Shown: positions 51,428 to 61,357, numbered from the stretch's first letter. The stretch: DNA of 64,000 bases from Oscillospiraceae bacterium (GCA_020025305.1 JAHHSG010000003.1:45367-109366), one strand, 5' to 3'. A program made the numbers and translations. The notes: generated from the letters alone by a model not told the origin.

Positions 51428-53821
51428 TTATTTCAGTTCTACCACCGTCACGCCTGCCTCTCCTTCGCCGTATCGACCCAGCCGGAAACTCTTCACCGCA
51501 CGATTTCTCTTGAGAATTTCGTGAACCGCCTTGCGCAGTGCGCCGGTACCCTTGCCATGGATAATAGTGACTGTTCCCAATTTTGCCATCACGGCACTGT
51601 CGATATAATTCTCCACGACACTCTCTGCCTCCAGTGTTTCGTACCCTCGAATATCCAGTTCCGAAGCGGCACGGGCCCCCAGATGAAGCTTTGGTGCTGC
51701 GGTGGCAGCGGCATACTGGCGTTTCTTTTTCTCCTGTGCCGCTGCCCCTTCAATGAGCCGCACTTGGGATGCCTTCACGGTCATTCGCATTTTTCCCGCC
51801 TGCAGCAACAGTGTCCCGTCGTTGTTGACACCCACCACGGTGGCAGCCGTCCGTACACCGGGCAGTTCTGCAAGATCCCCTACCTGGAAGGGGCGGCTGG
51901 GCGACAGCTCCGGCTCCGCCACCTTTTCTTGGAGATGGAGGGCATCCTCCGCCGCTTTCAAATTGCGGCGCACCGACGCTTTGGCATCGTTGACGGATTG
52001 GAAATTCGCCTGGCGCTGCTGCTCTTTTCGCAATGCGTCCAGCTCGGCAAAAATCTCCTCGGAGCGCTGCTGGGCATCCCGTACGATCCGCCGGGCCTCA
52101 CTCTCCCCCTTGCTGCGGGCGTTGGCCTTGGCCTTTTCCATCTGCTCCCGGAAGGTGCGTGCCTTGCGGGCATCTTCCTCCCGCTGCCGCCACAGTCTGT
52201 CGGCCTCCTGCTGTGCCTTCTCCAATCGCTGGCGCTTCTCCTCCAGCTGGGTAAGCACATCCTCAAAGCGGATGGACTCGCTGTCCATCTGCGCTTTGGC
52301 CGCCTGAATGACCGTCTCGTCCAGTCCCAATCGCCGTGATATGGCGAAAGCGTTGGACTTGCCGGGAATACCGATGAGCAGCCGATAGGTGGGCCGCAGC
52401 GTCTGTACATCAAATTCGCAGGAGGCGTTTTCCACCCCGGCGGTCGTCATGGCAAAGGTTTTCAATTCTGCATAGTGGGTAGTCGCCGCTGTCAGCGCTC
52501 CCTTGCTGCGTGCATTTTGAATAATAGCAATCGCTAACGCCGCACCCTCCACAGGATCGGTACCGGCACCCAGCTCGTCAAAGAGGATCAGGCTGTGCTC
52601 GTCTGCCTCCTTCAAAATCTGCACCGTATTGGACATATGGGCCGAGAACGTGGACAGACTCTGCTCAATACTCTGCTCATCGCCCACATCGGCCAGTACT
52701 CTCTCAAAAACCGGTACGGCGCTGCCATCATCCGCCGGAATATGGAGACCGCACTGCGCCATCAAGGCCAGAAGTCCCAGCGTTTTTAACGTCACCGTCT
52801 TACCGCCGGTGTTAGGGCCGGTAATTACCAGCGTATCAAACTGTTCTCCCAGTTCCACCGTAATAGGCACGGCCTTGGCCGGATCCAGCAGCGGATGACG
52901 GGCGCGGCGCAGTACAATGCCGCCCCGCTTGCGCACCTCCGGACGGGATGCGCTCATCTGATAACTCAACTGGGCACGGGCGAAAACCATGTCCAGTTGT
53001 ACCAAAATATCGTAGTCCCACAGAATATTGCTCATCTGCGCAGCACATTCTGCTGACAGCTGCCGCAAAATCCGGTCGATCTCCTTTTCTTCACGAGCCT
53101 GCAGCTCCCGAAGCTCGTTATTGGCCTGCACCACACCCATAGGCTCCACAAATAGGGTAGCCCCGGAGGAGGAGATATCGTGGACAAGGCCAGGGATGCT
53201 TCCCTTATACTCGGCCTTTACCGGCACCACGAAGCGGCCGTCACGCTGGGTGATCAGCGCCTCCTGCAGCACCTTTCCATAGGATGGTGAGGCAATCATC
53301 CGCTGCAAAATCTGACGGCCCTTGGCAGCCGTCAGCCGCATTTTTCTCCGGATATCTGCCAATTCACTGCTGGCGGTGTCGGCAATGGTCTCTTCATCCA
53401 GAATCGCACCGTGGATCTTATCCTCCAGATAACGGTTGGTATGGAGGGAGGAAAACAGGTGGTCAAGCACTGTAGGCTCTCCCTTGCGCTCGCTGTCATA
53501 TTCGCTGACCCGGCGGCTGGCCGTCAAAAGCCCCGCCACATCCAGCAGTTCTCTGGTATTGAGCATTCCCCCATGATCCGCCCGGTTAAGTGCCGTCGCT
53601 ACATCCTTCACTCCCGAAAAGGAGGGGCTGCCGTGAAGGCCCAAACGCTCCTTTGCCGCGTCTGTCTCATCCAGCAGCTGCCGCACCTCCGTCACATCCG
53701 TCACGGGCCGCAGTTGAAGACTGCGCGCCTTGGCGGCATCGCTGACCGCCTTGTGGCTCAGTAATTCCAGCACCGCCGGCAGTTCCAGCGTGCGGATGGA
53801 TTTTTCAAACATTTCGCTCAT
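51428..53821 (-). CDS. mutS2: Endonuclease MutS2
   Basis: TGPNTGGKT, SLSTFSAH, DELGAGTDP, TTHY, Smr domain HGKGTGALR. Confidence 0.96.
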   Translation of the reverse strand: MSEMFEKSIRTLELPAVLELLSHKAVSDAAKARSLQLRPVTDVTEVRQLLDETDAAKERLGLHGSPSFSGVKDVATALNRADHGGMLNTRELLDVAGLLTASRRVSEYDSERKGEPTVLDHLFSSLHTNRYLEDKIHGAILDEETIADTASSELADIRRKMRLTAAKGRQILQRMIASPSYGKVLQEALITQRDGRFVVPVKAEYKGSIPGLVHDISSSGATLFVEPMGVVQANNELRELQAREEKEIDRILRQLSAECAAQMSNILWDYDILVQLDMVFARAQLSYQMSASRPEVRKRGGIVLRRARHPLLDPAKAVPITVELGEQFDTLVITGPNTGGKTVTLKTLGLLALMAQCGLHIPADDGSAVPVFERVLADVGDEQSIEQSLSTFSAHMSNTVQILKEADEHSLILFDELGAGTDPVEGAALAIAIIQNARSKGALTAATTHYAELKTFAMTTAGVENASCEFDVQTLRPTYRLLIGIPGKSNAFAISRRLGLDETVIQAAKAQMDSESIRFEDVLTQLEEKRQRLEKAQQEADRLWRQREEDARKARTFREQMEKAKANARSKGESEARRIVRDAQQRSEEIFAELDALRKEQQRQANFQSVNDAKASVRRNLKAAEDALHLQEKVAEPELSPSRPFQVGDLAELPGVRTAATVVGVNNDGTLLLQAGKMRMTVKASQVRLIEGAAAQEKKKRQYAAATAAPKLHLGARAASELDIRGYETLEAESVVENYIDSAVMAKLGTVTIIHGKGTGALRKAVHEILKRNRAVKSFRLGRYGEGEAGVTVVELK

Positions 53822-53851
53822 ATTGCTACTTCCTATTGTCTCTGCCGTGCA

Positions 53852-54610
53852 TCAGGTGTCCAATGCCACGGACTTATAGTAATTCAGTGTCCTAAAACTC
53901 CGCTCCAGCTGCGCCGCCGCAAAAGCCTCGGCGGCGTGGCCCAAAAGAGTCATCTCCTGCGGCGGCAGCACGAAGCTGTACAGCCGCTTGGGCGGGCAAT
54001 TCAAAATATGCTGCATGGCTGCCAGCGCCCCTTGGGTCAAGGGCAGGGACAGTCCCCCCGGCTCTTTGCATTTGCCGCAGTGAACCACACCACGCACCAC
54101 ATCCAGCATAGGGGCTTCCGGATTGGGACAGCCACACACAGCACACCCATCCGCCAACGGTTCAAAGCCGCTCAAAGCCAACAGCCGCAGTTCAAAAGCT
54201 GCCTTTACCTGCTGTGGATCTTTTCCCAGTGTTCCCAACGCATAGAGTGCATTGAGAAGCAGCGGCACGATCTCTGACGCGTCCTCCCCCTCCTCCGTGA
54301 CGGACTCCGTCAACTCGGACAGATAGGCGGCAAGGCTCAGCAGTACCAAATCCTGCCGCACTCCGTCAAAGAGTTCCAGCGTAGAACCGGCATCCAGCAA
54401 ATACCAGTTGCCGCGCTGAAAAATGGTCAGTTCCGAATATACCAGTAACTGACTGGACGCCGCCAAACGGCTATTTTTTCGCCGTGCTCCCCGGGCAATC
54501 ACAGGAATGCGGCCCAGCTTCGGCGTCAGAACCGTCAGGATCTTGTCCGTTTCCTTGGTCTCCGTCTCCCGCAGGACAATGCCATTGATGACCATTTTCC
54601 CAGTTTGCAT
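53852..54610 (-). CDS. recO: DNA repair protein RecO
   Basis: ETDKILTVLT, ARGARR, CAVC...CGKC; follows era. Confidence 0.93.
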   Translation of the reverse strand: MQTGKMVINGIVLRETETKETDKILTVLTPKLGRIPVIARGARRKNSRLAASSQLLVYSELTIFQRGNWYLLDAGSTLELFDGVRQDLVLLSLAAYLSELTESVTEEGEDASEIVPLLLNALYALGTLGKDPQQVKAAFELRLLALSGFEPLADGCAVCGCPNPEAPMLDVVRGVVHCGKCKEPGGLSLPLTQGALAAMQHILNCPPKRLYSFVLPPQEMTLLGHAAEAFAAAQLERSFRTLNYYKSVALDT

Positions 54611-54642
54611 TATGTAAGCTCCTTCATAGGACAGGGACGGCC

Positions 54643-54735
54643 TTAGCCGTCCCTGCGGTTGCTTTCGCAATAGTAAAGATAGGCCTCCGGCGCGCCGGTC
54701 TCCAAAAATAATTCCCAGTAGTCCTTTGCATCCAT
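54643..54735 (-). CDS. YqzL-like small protein (30 aa), not in the ORF track
   Basis: AGGAGG RBS; MDAKDYWELFLETGAPEAYLYYCESNRRDG; W-x-x-F-x-x-TG-x4-YL pattern; era-yqzL-recO position. Confidence 0.75.
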   Translation of the reverse strand: MDAKDYWELFLETGAPEAYLYYCESNRRDG

Positions 54736-54910
54736 CCGTGCCACCTCCTACAAGTAGGATGTGCATATGATAGACAGATATGGGCGGGAGTTTCTACAAA
54801 AAGTGGCAGGTACTTCCTGCTCATTTAAAATGCATTGTGCTCTTTTCCGCCGCTGGGCGCGCACTCTCGTGCGCAGGAAAACTGGCACAACATTTTCCTT
54901 TTATGGAAGA

Positions 54911-55186
54911 TTACTGCTCGTGGTAGCCGTGGGTGCGCATGAAGTTCACGTTGTCTTTTTCGGAAAAGTGACAGCCCACTTTTCCGAGTGGACTGCGGCG
55001 CATTACATGCACTCACTGTCCGCACATCGGACAGTTCGCACACTGATGCGCCGAGAAGTGTTTTTTTCGACGTACACGCCGCCGCAAAAAACAAATTTTA
55101 CTTTTTTCGCCGCCATGGCGGCGAACTCTGTGAGACTTTTTTACTGCTCGTCGTAGCCGTGAGTGCGCATGAAGTTCACGTTGTCT
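54911..55186. repeat. 46-bp direct repeat duplicating the 3' end of era (54911-54956 and 55141-55186)
   Basis: ttactgctcgt(g/c)gtagccgtg(g/a)gtgcgcatgaagttcacgttgtct, 44/46 identical, 230-bp period. Confidence 0.9.
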
Positions 55187-56043
55187 CGCCAGTTTTCCTT
55201 GACCTTGACCCAAGTTTCCATATAGACCTTGGTGCCCATAAACTTCTCAATATCCTGCCGGGCCAGCGTACTGATCTTCTTGAGCATATCGCCGTGCTTG
55301 CCGATGATGATGCCCTTATGGCTGGCTTTCTCGCAATAAATGGTCACATCCAGATCAATGATGCCGTTTTCACGCTCCGTAAAGCGGGTCACCTCCATGG
55401 CCGTACCGTGGGGAATCTCCTTTTCCAGGCACAGCAGCATCTTTTCCCGCACGATTTCGGCACAAACCTGTGCATCCGGCTGATCCGTAGTCATGCCGTC
55501 AGGGAACAGCTGGGGGCCTTCCTGGGCGTACTTGCTCATCTGCTCCATCAGCTCGTCCAAGCCGTCGCCGGTACGGGCAGAGATAGGGATAATCGCCTCA
55601 AAATGATTGTAATACGCATTGTAGGCGGCAATGACCTCCAAAAGCTGCCCTTTATTCTCCACTGTATCCACCTTGTTGATGCACAAAATGACGGGAATCT
55701 TCTCTTCGGCAATACGGCTGAGCAAAATCTTCTCCGGCTCACCCACATGGGCAATCGGCTCTACCAGCAGCAGTGCGGCCTCCACTTGAGCAAGGCTCTC
55801 CCGCACCACCTTCACCATGTAGTCTCCCAGACGGGAACGGGCTTTATGCAGACCCGGCGTATCCAGCAGCACGTACTGGGTGTCGTCCCGGTTCACCACG
55901 CCGTAAATACGGTTACGGGTGGTCTGGGGCTTGTTGGAAACGATGGCGATTTTCTCGCCCACCAGAGCATTGGTCAAGCTGGACTTACCCACATTGGGCC
56001 GGCCGCAGACCGTGATCATGGCAGTTTTGGTAATGTTACTCAT
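55141..56043 (-). CDS. era: GTPase Era
   Basis: GRPNVGKS, PQTTR, DTPG, NKVD, KH motif HKGIIIG. Confidence 0.97.
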   Translation of the reverse strand: MSNITKTAMITVCGRPNVGKSSLTNALVGEKIAIVSNKPQTTRNRIYGVVNRDDTQYVLLDTPGLHKARSRLGDYMVKVVRESLAQVEAALLLVEPIAHVGEPEKILLSRIAEEKIPVILCINKVDTVENKGQLLEVIAAYNAYYNHFEAIIPISARTGDGLDELMEQMSKYAQEGPQLFPDGMTTDQPDAQVCAEIVREKMLLCLEKEIPHGTAMEVTRFTERENGIIDLDVTIYCEKASHKGIIIGKHGDMLKKISTLARQDIEKFMGTKVYMETWVKVKENWRDNVNFMRTHGYDEQ

Positions 56044-56164
56044 AGGTGATCCTCAACTTTCTTTGAGCATAATATTTTCTTGCGCCATATGGCGCGTACA
56101 AACATTTTACAGCAGCAACCTCCTGCCGCAGGGACAACGCATTTACTCTCCCAAGTACGGCGGC

Positions 56165-56338
56165 TCATGAATTGATCAGCACACCCAGCAAAAAAACAAT
56201 GGCAGCAAAAAGCACACATGCCTTCGCCTTGCTGCTGGCTGCGGTTTTTTCATCCTCACTTCGAATGGCGGTAATGAAGCAGGCCGGAAACAGCAAGGCC
56301 AGAACTGTGGCCGCCAAAATAGCAATATCAGCCATCAT
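56165..56338 (-). CDS. Small two-TM hypothetical protein (57 aa), not in the ORF track
   Basis: MMADIAILAATVLALLFPACFITAIRSEDEKTAASSKAKACVLFAAIVFLLGVLINS; purine-rich RBS just after the ybeY stop. Confidence 0.65.
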   Translation of the reverse strand: MMADIAILAATVLALLFPACFITAIRSEDEKTAASSKAKACVLFAAIVFLLGVLINS

Positions 56339-56358
56339 CTCGTCATTTCCTTCCTCTT

Positions 56359-56865
56359 TTACCGTTCCAGTGCCATGGCAGCCATCACTGCCTCCTCCCG
56401 TGCGCGCATCTGGGCTTTCATGGCACCTTCGTCCAGATGGTCATAGCCCAGCAGGTGCAGCACCGAGTGCGTCACAAGGTAGGCAAGCTCCCGCCGCTTG
56501 GAATGGCCGTACTCCGTGGCCTGTGCTTTGATGCGCTCCATAGAGAGCACCATGTCGCCCAAGGGCAGCAGCCCTGTGGCCGGGTCGCACAAGTCCAAAG
56601 CCGTTGCCGCCGTGGGCGGCTCACCTGGGGTAAACGCAAACTCCGGGAAGCTCAGCACGTCGGTGGGACGGTCTACCTTCCGCATATCCAGGTTAATCTG
56701 ATGGATGCCCGCATCATTGGTCAGCAGCACATCCACCTCGCAGCCCAGATCCACGCCCTCCATCGAAAGGACGGTGCGGATGGTCTTGCGGATGAGAGCA
56801 CAGTTGCTGTCACTGGAGGCACCGGGGACGTCCGCCGTCACCGGAATATAATGCCGCTTTGCCAT
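56359..56865 (-). CDS. ybeY: rRNA maturation endoribonuclease YbeY
   Basis: PTDVLSFP, HSVLHLLGYDH. Confidence 0.95.
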   Translation of the reverse strand: MAKRHYIPVTADVPGASSDSNCALIRKTIRTVLSMEGVDLGCEVDVLLTNDAGIHQINLDMRKVDRPTDVLSFPEFAFTPGEPPTAATALDLCDPATGLLPLGDMVLSMERIKAQATEYGHSKRRELAYLVTHSVLHLLGYDHLDEGAMKAQMRAREEAVMAAMALER

Positions 56866-56868
56866 GGC

Positions 56869-57846
56869 TTATTTCCCCTTTCCACTGCGGCTGGCGCCGC
56901 GATTTTCATACTTGGCGTAAGCCTCAATAATGCGCTGCACCATCACGTGGCGCACCACATCCTGCTGGGAAAGTTCGCAGATCCCCACGCCCTCCACACC
57001 ACGCAGTACCTTCATCGCCTCCTTGAGGCCGCTGGGCTTATCACCGGGCAGATCAATCTGGGTAATGTCACCGGTGATGACCACCTTGGAGCCAAAGCCC
57101 ATACGGGTGAGGAACATCTTCATCTGCTCACGGCTGGTATTCTGGGCCTCATCGAGTATGATGAAGCTGTCATCCAGCGTGCGGCCGCGCATATAGGCAA
57201 GAGGCGCCACCTCAATGTTCCCCCGCTCCAGATATTTCTGATACGTCTCCGCCCCCAGCATATCGAAAAGCGCATCGTACAGCGGGCGCAGGTAGGGATC
57301 GACCTTGGACTGGAGGTCACCGGGCAAAAAGCCCAGCCGCTCCCCCGCCTCCACAGCGGGGCGGGTCAGAATGATGCGGTTGACCTGCTTGTCCCGGAAG
57401 GCGGCTACTGCCGCCGCCACCGCCAGATACGTCTTGCCCGTACCGGCAGGCCCTACCCCGATGGTGACCATCTGACTCATCACGGAGTCCACATACTGCT
57501 TTTGTCCGATGGTCTTGGGCTTTACAGGCCGTCCCTTGGAAGTAATGCAGATCACATCCTGGGTCAGCTCCGAAATCCGATCGGCCTGCCCGCTGCGGCA
57601 AAGGCCAATCACATAGCGCACATGCTGCTCGGTAATATTCTCACCACGTCCGGCCAGTGTCAGCAGCGCCTCTACCGCCTTTGTCGCCAACATCACATTT
57701 TCCACATCGCCGCTGATGCACAGCTCGCCGGAGCGGTTGGCGGTAGACACCTCCAACTCCGACTCCAGCAAGCGAATATTTTCGTCAAAGGAACCAAAGA
57801 GGTTGATGGCCTCCTCCATTCTCTCAATACTGACGCGCTGTTCCAT
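56869..57846 (-). CDS. phoH: PhoH-family ATPase
   Basis: GPAGTGKT, RPAVEAGERLGFLPG, AYMRGRT, DEAQN. Confidence 0.93.
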   Translation of the reverse strand: MEQRVSIERMEEAINLFGSFDENIRLLESELEVSTANRSGELCISGDVENVMLATKAVEALLTLAGRGENITEQHVRYVIGLCRSGQADRISELTQDVICITSKGRPVKPKTIGQKQYVDSVMSQMVTIGVGPAGTGKTYLAVAAAVAAFRDKQVNRIILTRPAVEAGERLGFLPGDLQSKVDPYLRPLYDALFDMLGAETYQKYLERGNIEVAPLAYMRGRTLDDSFIILDEAQNTSREQMKMFLTRMGFGSKVVITGDITQIDLPGDKPSGLKEAMKVLRGVEGVGICELSQQDVVRHVMVQRIIEAYAKYENRGASRSGKGK

Positions 57847-57875
57847 AGAACTCCTCTTTTCAGACAAATAAATCC

Positions 57876-59066
57876 TTACGGCTGCGCCGCCGGCAGCACC
57901 ACTTGGGTGCCGATCTCTTCGACACATTCCGCTTTGAGCGTTACCAGCAAACAGCCATCCCGCTGCGCTGCGGCAAATCGGGTATCCGTAATACTGCTGC
58001 CGGGCGGCAACTGCTGCTTCAAAAGTGCCAGCGCTGCCGCCTCCCCTTCCTGCCGTGCTTCTTCCACTGTTTTTTCCTCGACTGCGTCGGTATAGCTGGT
58101 AGTACGCTCCGTCACCCATGTGATGGGCAGGCGAAATCCGCCGGGCAGCGTCCATGGGGTGTAGTGTATTATTTTATCACAATCCGCCCCTGCCATGCTA
58201 CCCTTTCCATATAATTTTATGCGGTTTTTTCCGAAATCTATGGCATAGCGCACGGAGGTATCCGGTGCTTCTCGCCGCTGTCCCTCCAGCGGCACAAGCA
58301 CGGACAGTTCATGCCATGTTCTGGCCTTCACCTGCCCCATCCCATGGAGCAGCCGCACACCGGATCGCCCGGTGTCCATGACGCCGGAGATCAGCAGCTG
58401 TCCCTCCGTGACGGTGCTGCCCACCTGCACCTGCGCCACACCGTCCAGCGCCCGCACCTCGGTTACAAGGCCTGCACACCGAGCCACCACATTGCTGACC
58501 TCATGCTCCTCCACACGGCGGGGGGGACGCTGGCGCTCTACGACCTGTACATGGGCCACACAGCCTTTCACATTCACCGCCATCCACGATACGTCGGGCA
58601 GCTGCAGCAGCACATGGTTGCGCATATCCTCTTGATTGACGTCCATACCGAAAGACCCCACTTGCAATCCATAGTCCTCCAGCGCACGGAGGATGGTCTC
58701 CGTAGGCACGGTATGGTTGCCGCTGACACGGAATTCCCAAATAAAGAGGTTGCCGGTCAGCATGATCAAGAGAAAAACAATCAGCGCTCCCAGCAGCACA
58801 TATCGGCGGCGAAAGCGCAGCAGCAGGATGGGTGCGCCCCGCTCTGTCAGCGGGGTGAGCGTGCATATCGTCTCTCCCGTCACTGTTTGGAGCTGATGCA
58901 GGCCGCGGCGGGTGGTACTCACGGTGAAGGTGGCTGCATCCTTCCACTGCAAATCCCAGAAGGGAATCTCATGGGCGGCACAGAGGTTTACCACACGTTC
59001 GGGGCAGGGGCTCTCCACCTGCAGCCGCACATTGCCGCGGAGGAAATTAACGATCCGTCGGTACAT
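57876..59066 (-). CDS. yqfD: Sporulation protein YqfD
   Basis: 396 aa, single TM, EGQLLISG, AECVEEIG; yqfC-yqfD-phoH order. Confidence 0.88.
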   Translation of the reverse strand: MYRRIVNFLRGNVRLQVESPCPERVVNLCAAHEIPFWDLQWKDAATFTVSTTRRGLHQLQTVTGETICTLTPLTERGAPILLLRFRRRYVLLGALIVFLLIMLTGNLFIWEFRVSGNHTVPTETILRALEDYGLQVGSFGMDVNQEDMRNHVLLQLPDVSWMAVNVKGCVAHVQVVERQRPPRRVEEHEVSNVVARCAGLVTEVRALDGVAQVQVGSTVTEGQLLISGVMDTGRSGVRLLHGMGQVKARTWHELSVLVPLEGQRREAPDTSVRYAIDFGKNRIKLYGKGSMAGADCDKIIHYTPWTLPGGFRLPITWVTERTTSYTDAVEEKTVEEARQEGEAAALALLKQQLPPGSSITDTRFAAAQRDGCLLVTLKAECVEEIGTQVVLPAAQP

Positions 59067-59347
59067 TATAACACCAGCTCCACTTTCTCAATATATCCTC
59101 CAATGCGCAGCTCACCATCCGTCATGGCCAGCAGCTGCAGATCCCGGCCTGTAAGGCACACTGTCATACTTCCCCCGCCGATTTCTATAGCCTCCGGACT
59201 ATAGGACAACACGCCCTTGTGCTGCACCATAAAAAACTGACGGTTGCCCACAAGCTCCATGCGCGGCACACCTGCCGTCAAGTCCCCGGGCAGATCCATC
59301 CGTTCCATAGCCTCCAGCCCTACCTGCGATAAATTCCGCATACCCAT
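59066..59347 (-). CDS. yqfC: YabP/YqfC-family sporulation protein
   Basis: LPGD...PRMELVG...HKGVLSY; GGAGG RBS. Confidence 0.85.
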   Translation of the reverse strand: MGMRNLSQVGLEAMERMDLPGDLTAGVPRMELVGNRQFFMVQHKGVLSYSPEAIEIGGGSMTVCLTGRDLQLLAMTDGELRIGGYIEKVELVL

Positions 59348-59453
59348 GCACCACCTCCATACGGAACACTTTATGCATGAAACGGATAAAACTTGCCTGC
59401 GTGGTCTTGTTCTTGCAGGGGAAGCATAGCCTTTGATGAGGGGAGGGACATCT

Positions 59454-60353
59454 ATGAAACGCATACTCAGCACCATAGCAGCGTTGGGACTGCTCCTGTT
59501 ACTGCTGTGCTCTGCCTCACAGGCAGCTGAACTCACACGGCAGGCGCTTCATTTATGCGCTGTCTCGGTACTTCCCGCTCTATTCCCCTTAATGGTTGCC
59601 TCCTCTTTGCTGGTATCACTGGGCTGTGCCTCTGCCGCCGGACGGCTGCTGTCTCCAGCCATGGAGCGGCTGTTCGGCTGCAGCGGCAGCGGAGGTACGG
59701 CACTGCTCTTAGGGCTTTTAGGCGGCTATCCCTTAGGCGCACGGACAATAGCAGCGCTCTTGCGCAGCGGCGAAATTGATCACCCAGAGGCACAGCGGCT
59801 CCTCACTTTTTGCAACAATGCAGGCCCCGCCTTCATCATTTCCATGGTGGGCAGCCTGTTCGGAAGTGCCAAAATCGGCCTTTCACTTTATCTGATCCAC
59901 GTGACTGCCGCCCTGCTCTCAGGGATGATACTCTGCCGTAAAGTACCGCGGCAAAGGAGCATTTCTGTCCCCGTCACAGCCACCGAAAAGTCTTTTTCCT
60001 CGGCGCTGGTAGAGTCCATCAGCAGCGCCGGGCTGACCTGCATACAACTTTGCAGCTTCATCACCTTTTTCCAAGTAGTCCTGCAGCTTGTCAGCAACAG
60101 CACCCATATTTCCCAGCCGCTGGCACTGGGGTTCATAGAAATGACCTGCGGTGTAGTCCGCCTTGGCCCGGCGCCGGGCGATTTCATCGCAGCTGCTGCC
60201 CTTCTGGGCTGGGGCGGATGCAGTGTTCACTGTCAGACAGCGGCAGTGCTGGCAGATACCGGTCTGGCCATGGCTCCTTATCTCCGGGCAAAGCTTCTTC
60301 ATGGGCTTCTCTCGGCAGCCTTAGCTGCAGCTGCGGTGCTTCTTTTCTCTTGA
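59454..60353 (+). CDS. ylbJ: Sporulation integral membrane protein YlbJ-like
   Basis: LPALFP, GGYPLGA, FCNNAGPAF, GWGGCSVHCQ. Confidence 0.85.
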   Translation: MKRILSTIAALGLLLLLLCSASQAAELTRQALHLCAVSVLPALFPLMVASSLLVSLGCASAAGRLLSPAMERLFGCSGSGGTALLLGLLGGYPLGARTIAALLRSGEIDHPEAQRLLTFCNNAGPAFIISMVGSLFGSAKIGLSLYLIHVTAALLSGMILCRKVPRQRSISVPVTATEKSFSSALVESISSAGLTCIQLCSFITFFQVVLQLVSNSTHISQPLALGFIEMTCGVVRLGPAPGDFIAAAALLGWGGCSVHCQTAAVLADTGLAMAPYLRAKLLHGLLSAALAAAAVLLFS

Positions 60354-60372
60354 TATAAGCGTTTATCGCGTA

Positions 60373-60402
60373 AAAAAAGACGGCCGGAAGACCGTCTTTT
60401 TT
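60373..60402. terminator. Bidirectional terminator
   Basis: aaaaaagacgg/ccgtctttttt between convergent genes. Confidence 0.75.
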
Positions 60403-60415
60403 CTTGGATCTATTT

Positions 60416-61357
60416 TTATCGCTGTCCCTTGTCGTAAGGAATGCCCTCTGCCTTAGGCGCGCGAGACTTCTTGGAGGTGAAGGCCAGCACAATCAAAGAG
60501 ATGATATAGGGCATCATATTGTACACCTGACTTGGAATGTTCAGTGCAGCCATAAAGTCAAGTCCCATGTACACGTTGGACAGGGCACGGAACAGACCGA
60601 ACAGCAGTGCCGCCAATGCGATACGGATGGGCTTCCACTGGCCGAAGATCATCACCGCCAGAGACAGGAAGCCAAAGCCGGCCACGCCGTACTCAAAACG
60701 CCACTCGGACACGCCGGCGGTAATAAACACGATACCGCCCAGACCGCCCAGAGCGCCGGAGATCATCACACCGGCCCAGCGCATCTTATAGACGTTAATA
60801 CCCACACTATCCGCTGCCTGAGGATGCTCACCGCAAGCCATCATGCGCAGCCCGAAACGGGTCTTGTAGAGTGTCACATAAGCAAAGATCAAGGCAACTA
60901 AGGTGACCACCATGAACCAGCTAAATTCAAAGCCGCCGATATTCACCAAAAACGCCTGCTTAGGCCCTGCATACTGGATCACGGAGGATACGTCATCGGG
61001 GTTCGCCGCCGTATTGATTGCCTTGACGATGACGGTGGCTGCCGCCACACCCAGCATATTCAGCGCCGTTCCTACAATGGTCTGGTCTGCCTTAAAGTTG
61101 ATGCAGGCCACCGCCAGCAGCATGGAATACACCACACCCACCAGGGCAGAGACAACCAAGACTGCCAGAATCATAGCGATAGCGGGGCTGCCGTCAGGCA
61201 TATGGCGCATGGTCAATGCACCGCCCAGAGCGCCCATGATCATGATGCCTTCCAAACCCAGATTGATCACGCCGGAGTGCTCGGCGAAGCAGCCGCCCAA
61301 GGCCACAAGAATCAGCACCGAGGAGAAGGTCAATGTATATTGCAGCAGCAGTATCAT
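60416..61357 (-). CDS. Nucleoside/simple-sugar ABC transporter permease
   Basis: EHSGVINLGLEG, CGEHPQAADSVGI, MPY. Confidence 0.9.
   Translation of the reverse strand: MILLLQYTLTFSSVLILVALGGCFAEHSGVINLGLEGIMIMGALGGALTMRHMPDGSPAIAMILAVLVVSALVGVVYSMLLAVACINFKADQTIVGTALNMLGVAAATVIVKAINTAANPDDVSSVIQYAGPKQAFLVNIGGFEFSWFMVVTLVALIFAYVTLYKTRFGLRMMACGEHPQAADSVGINVYKMRWAGVMISGALGGLGGIVFITAGVSEWRFEYGVAGFGFLSLAVMIFGQWKPIRIALAALLFGLFRALSNVYMGLDFMAALNIPSQVYNMMPYIISLIVLAFTSKKSRAPKAEGIPYDKGQR

Noticed and set aside
54875..55186. CRISPR array or DGR template/variable repeat at the era duplication
   Set aside because: Only two imperfect hairpins and one repeated segment, with no cas or reverse transcriptase gene in the window. 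The two mismatches on the coding strand (T/C, G/C) are not adenine-specific.
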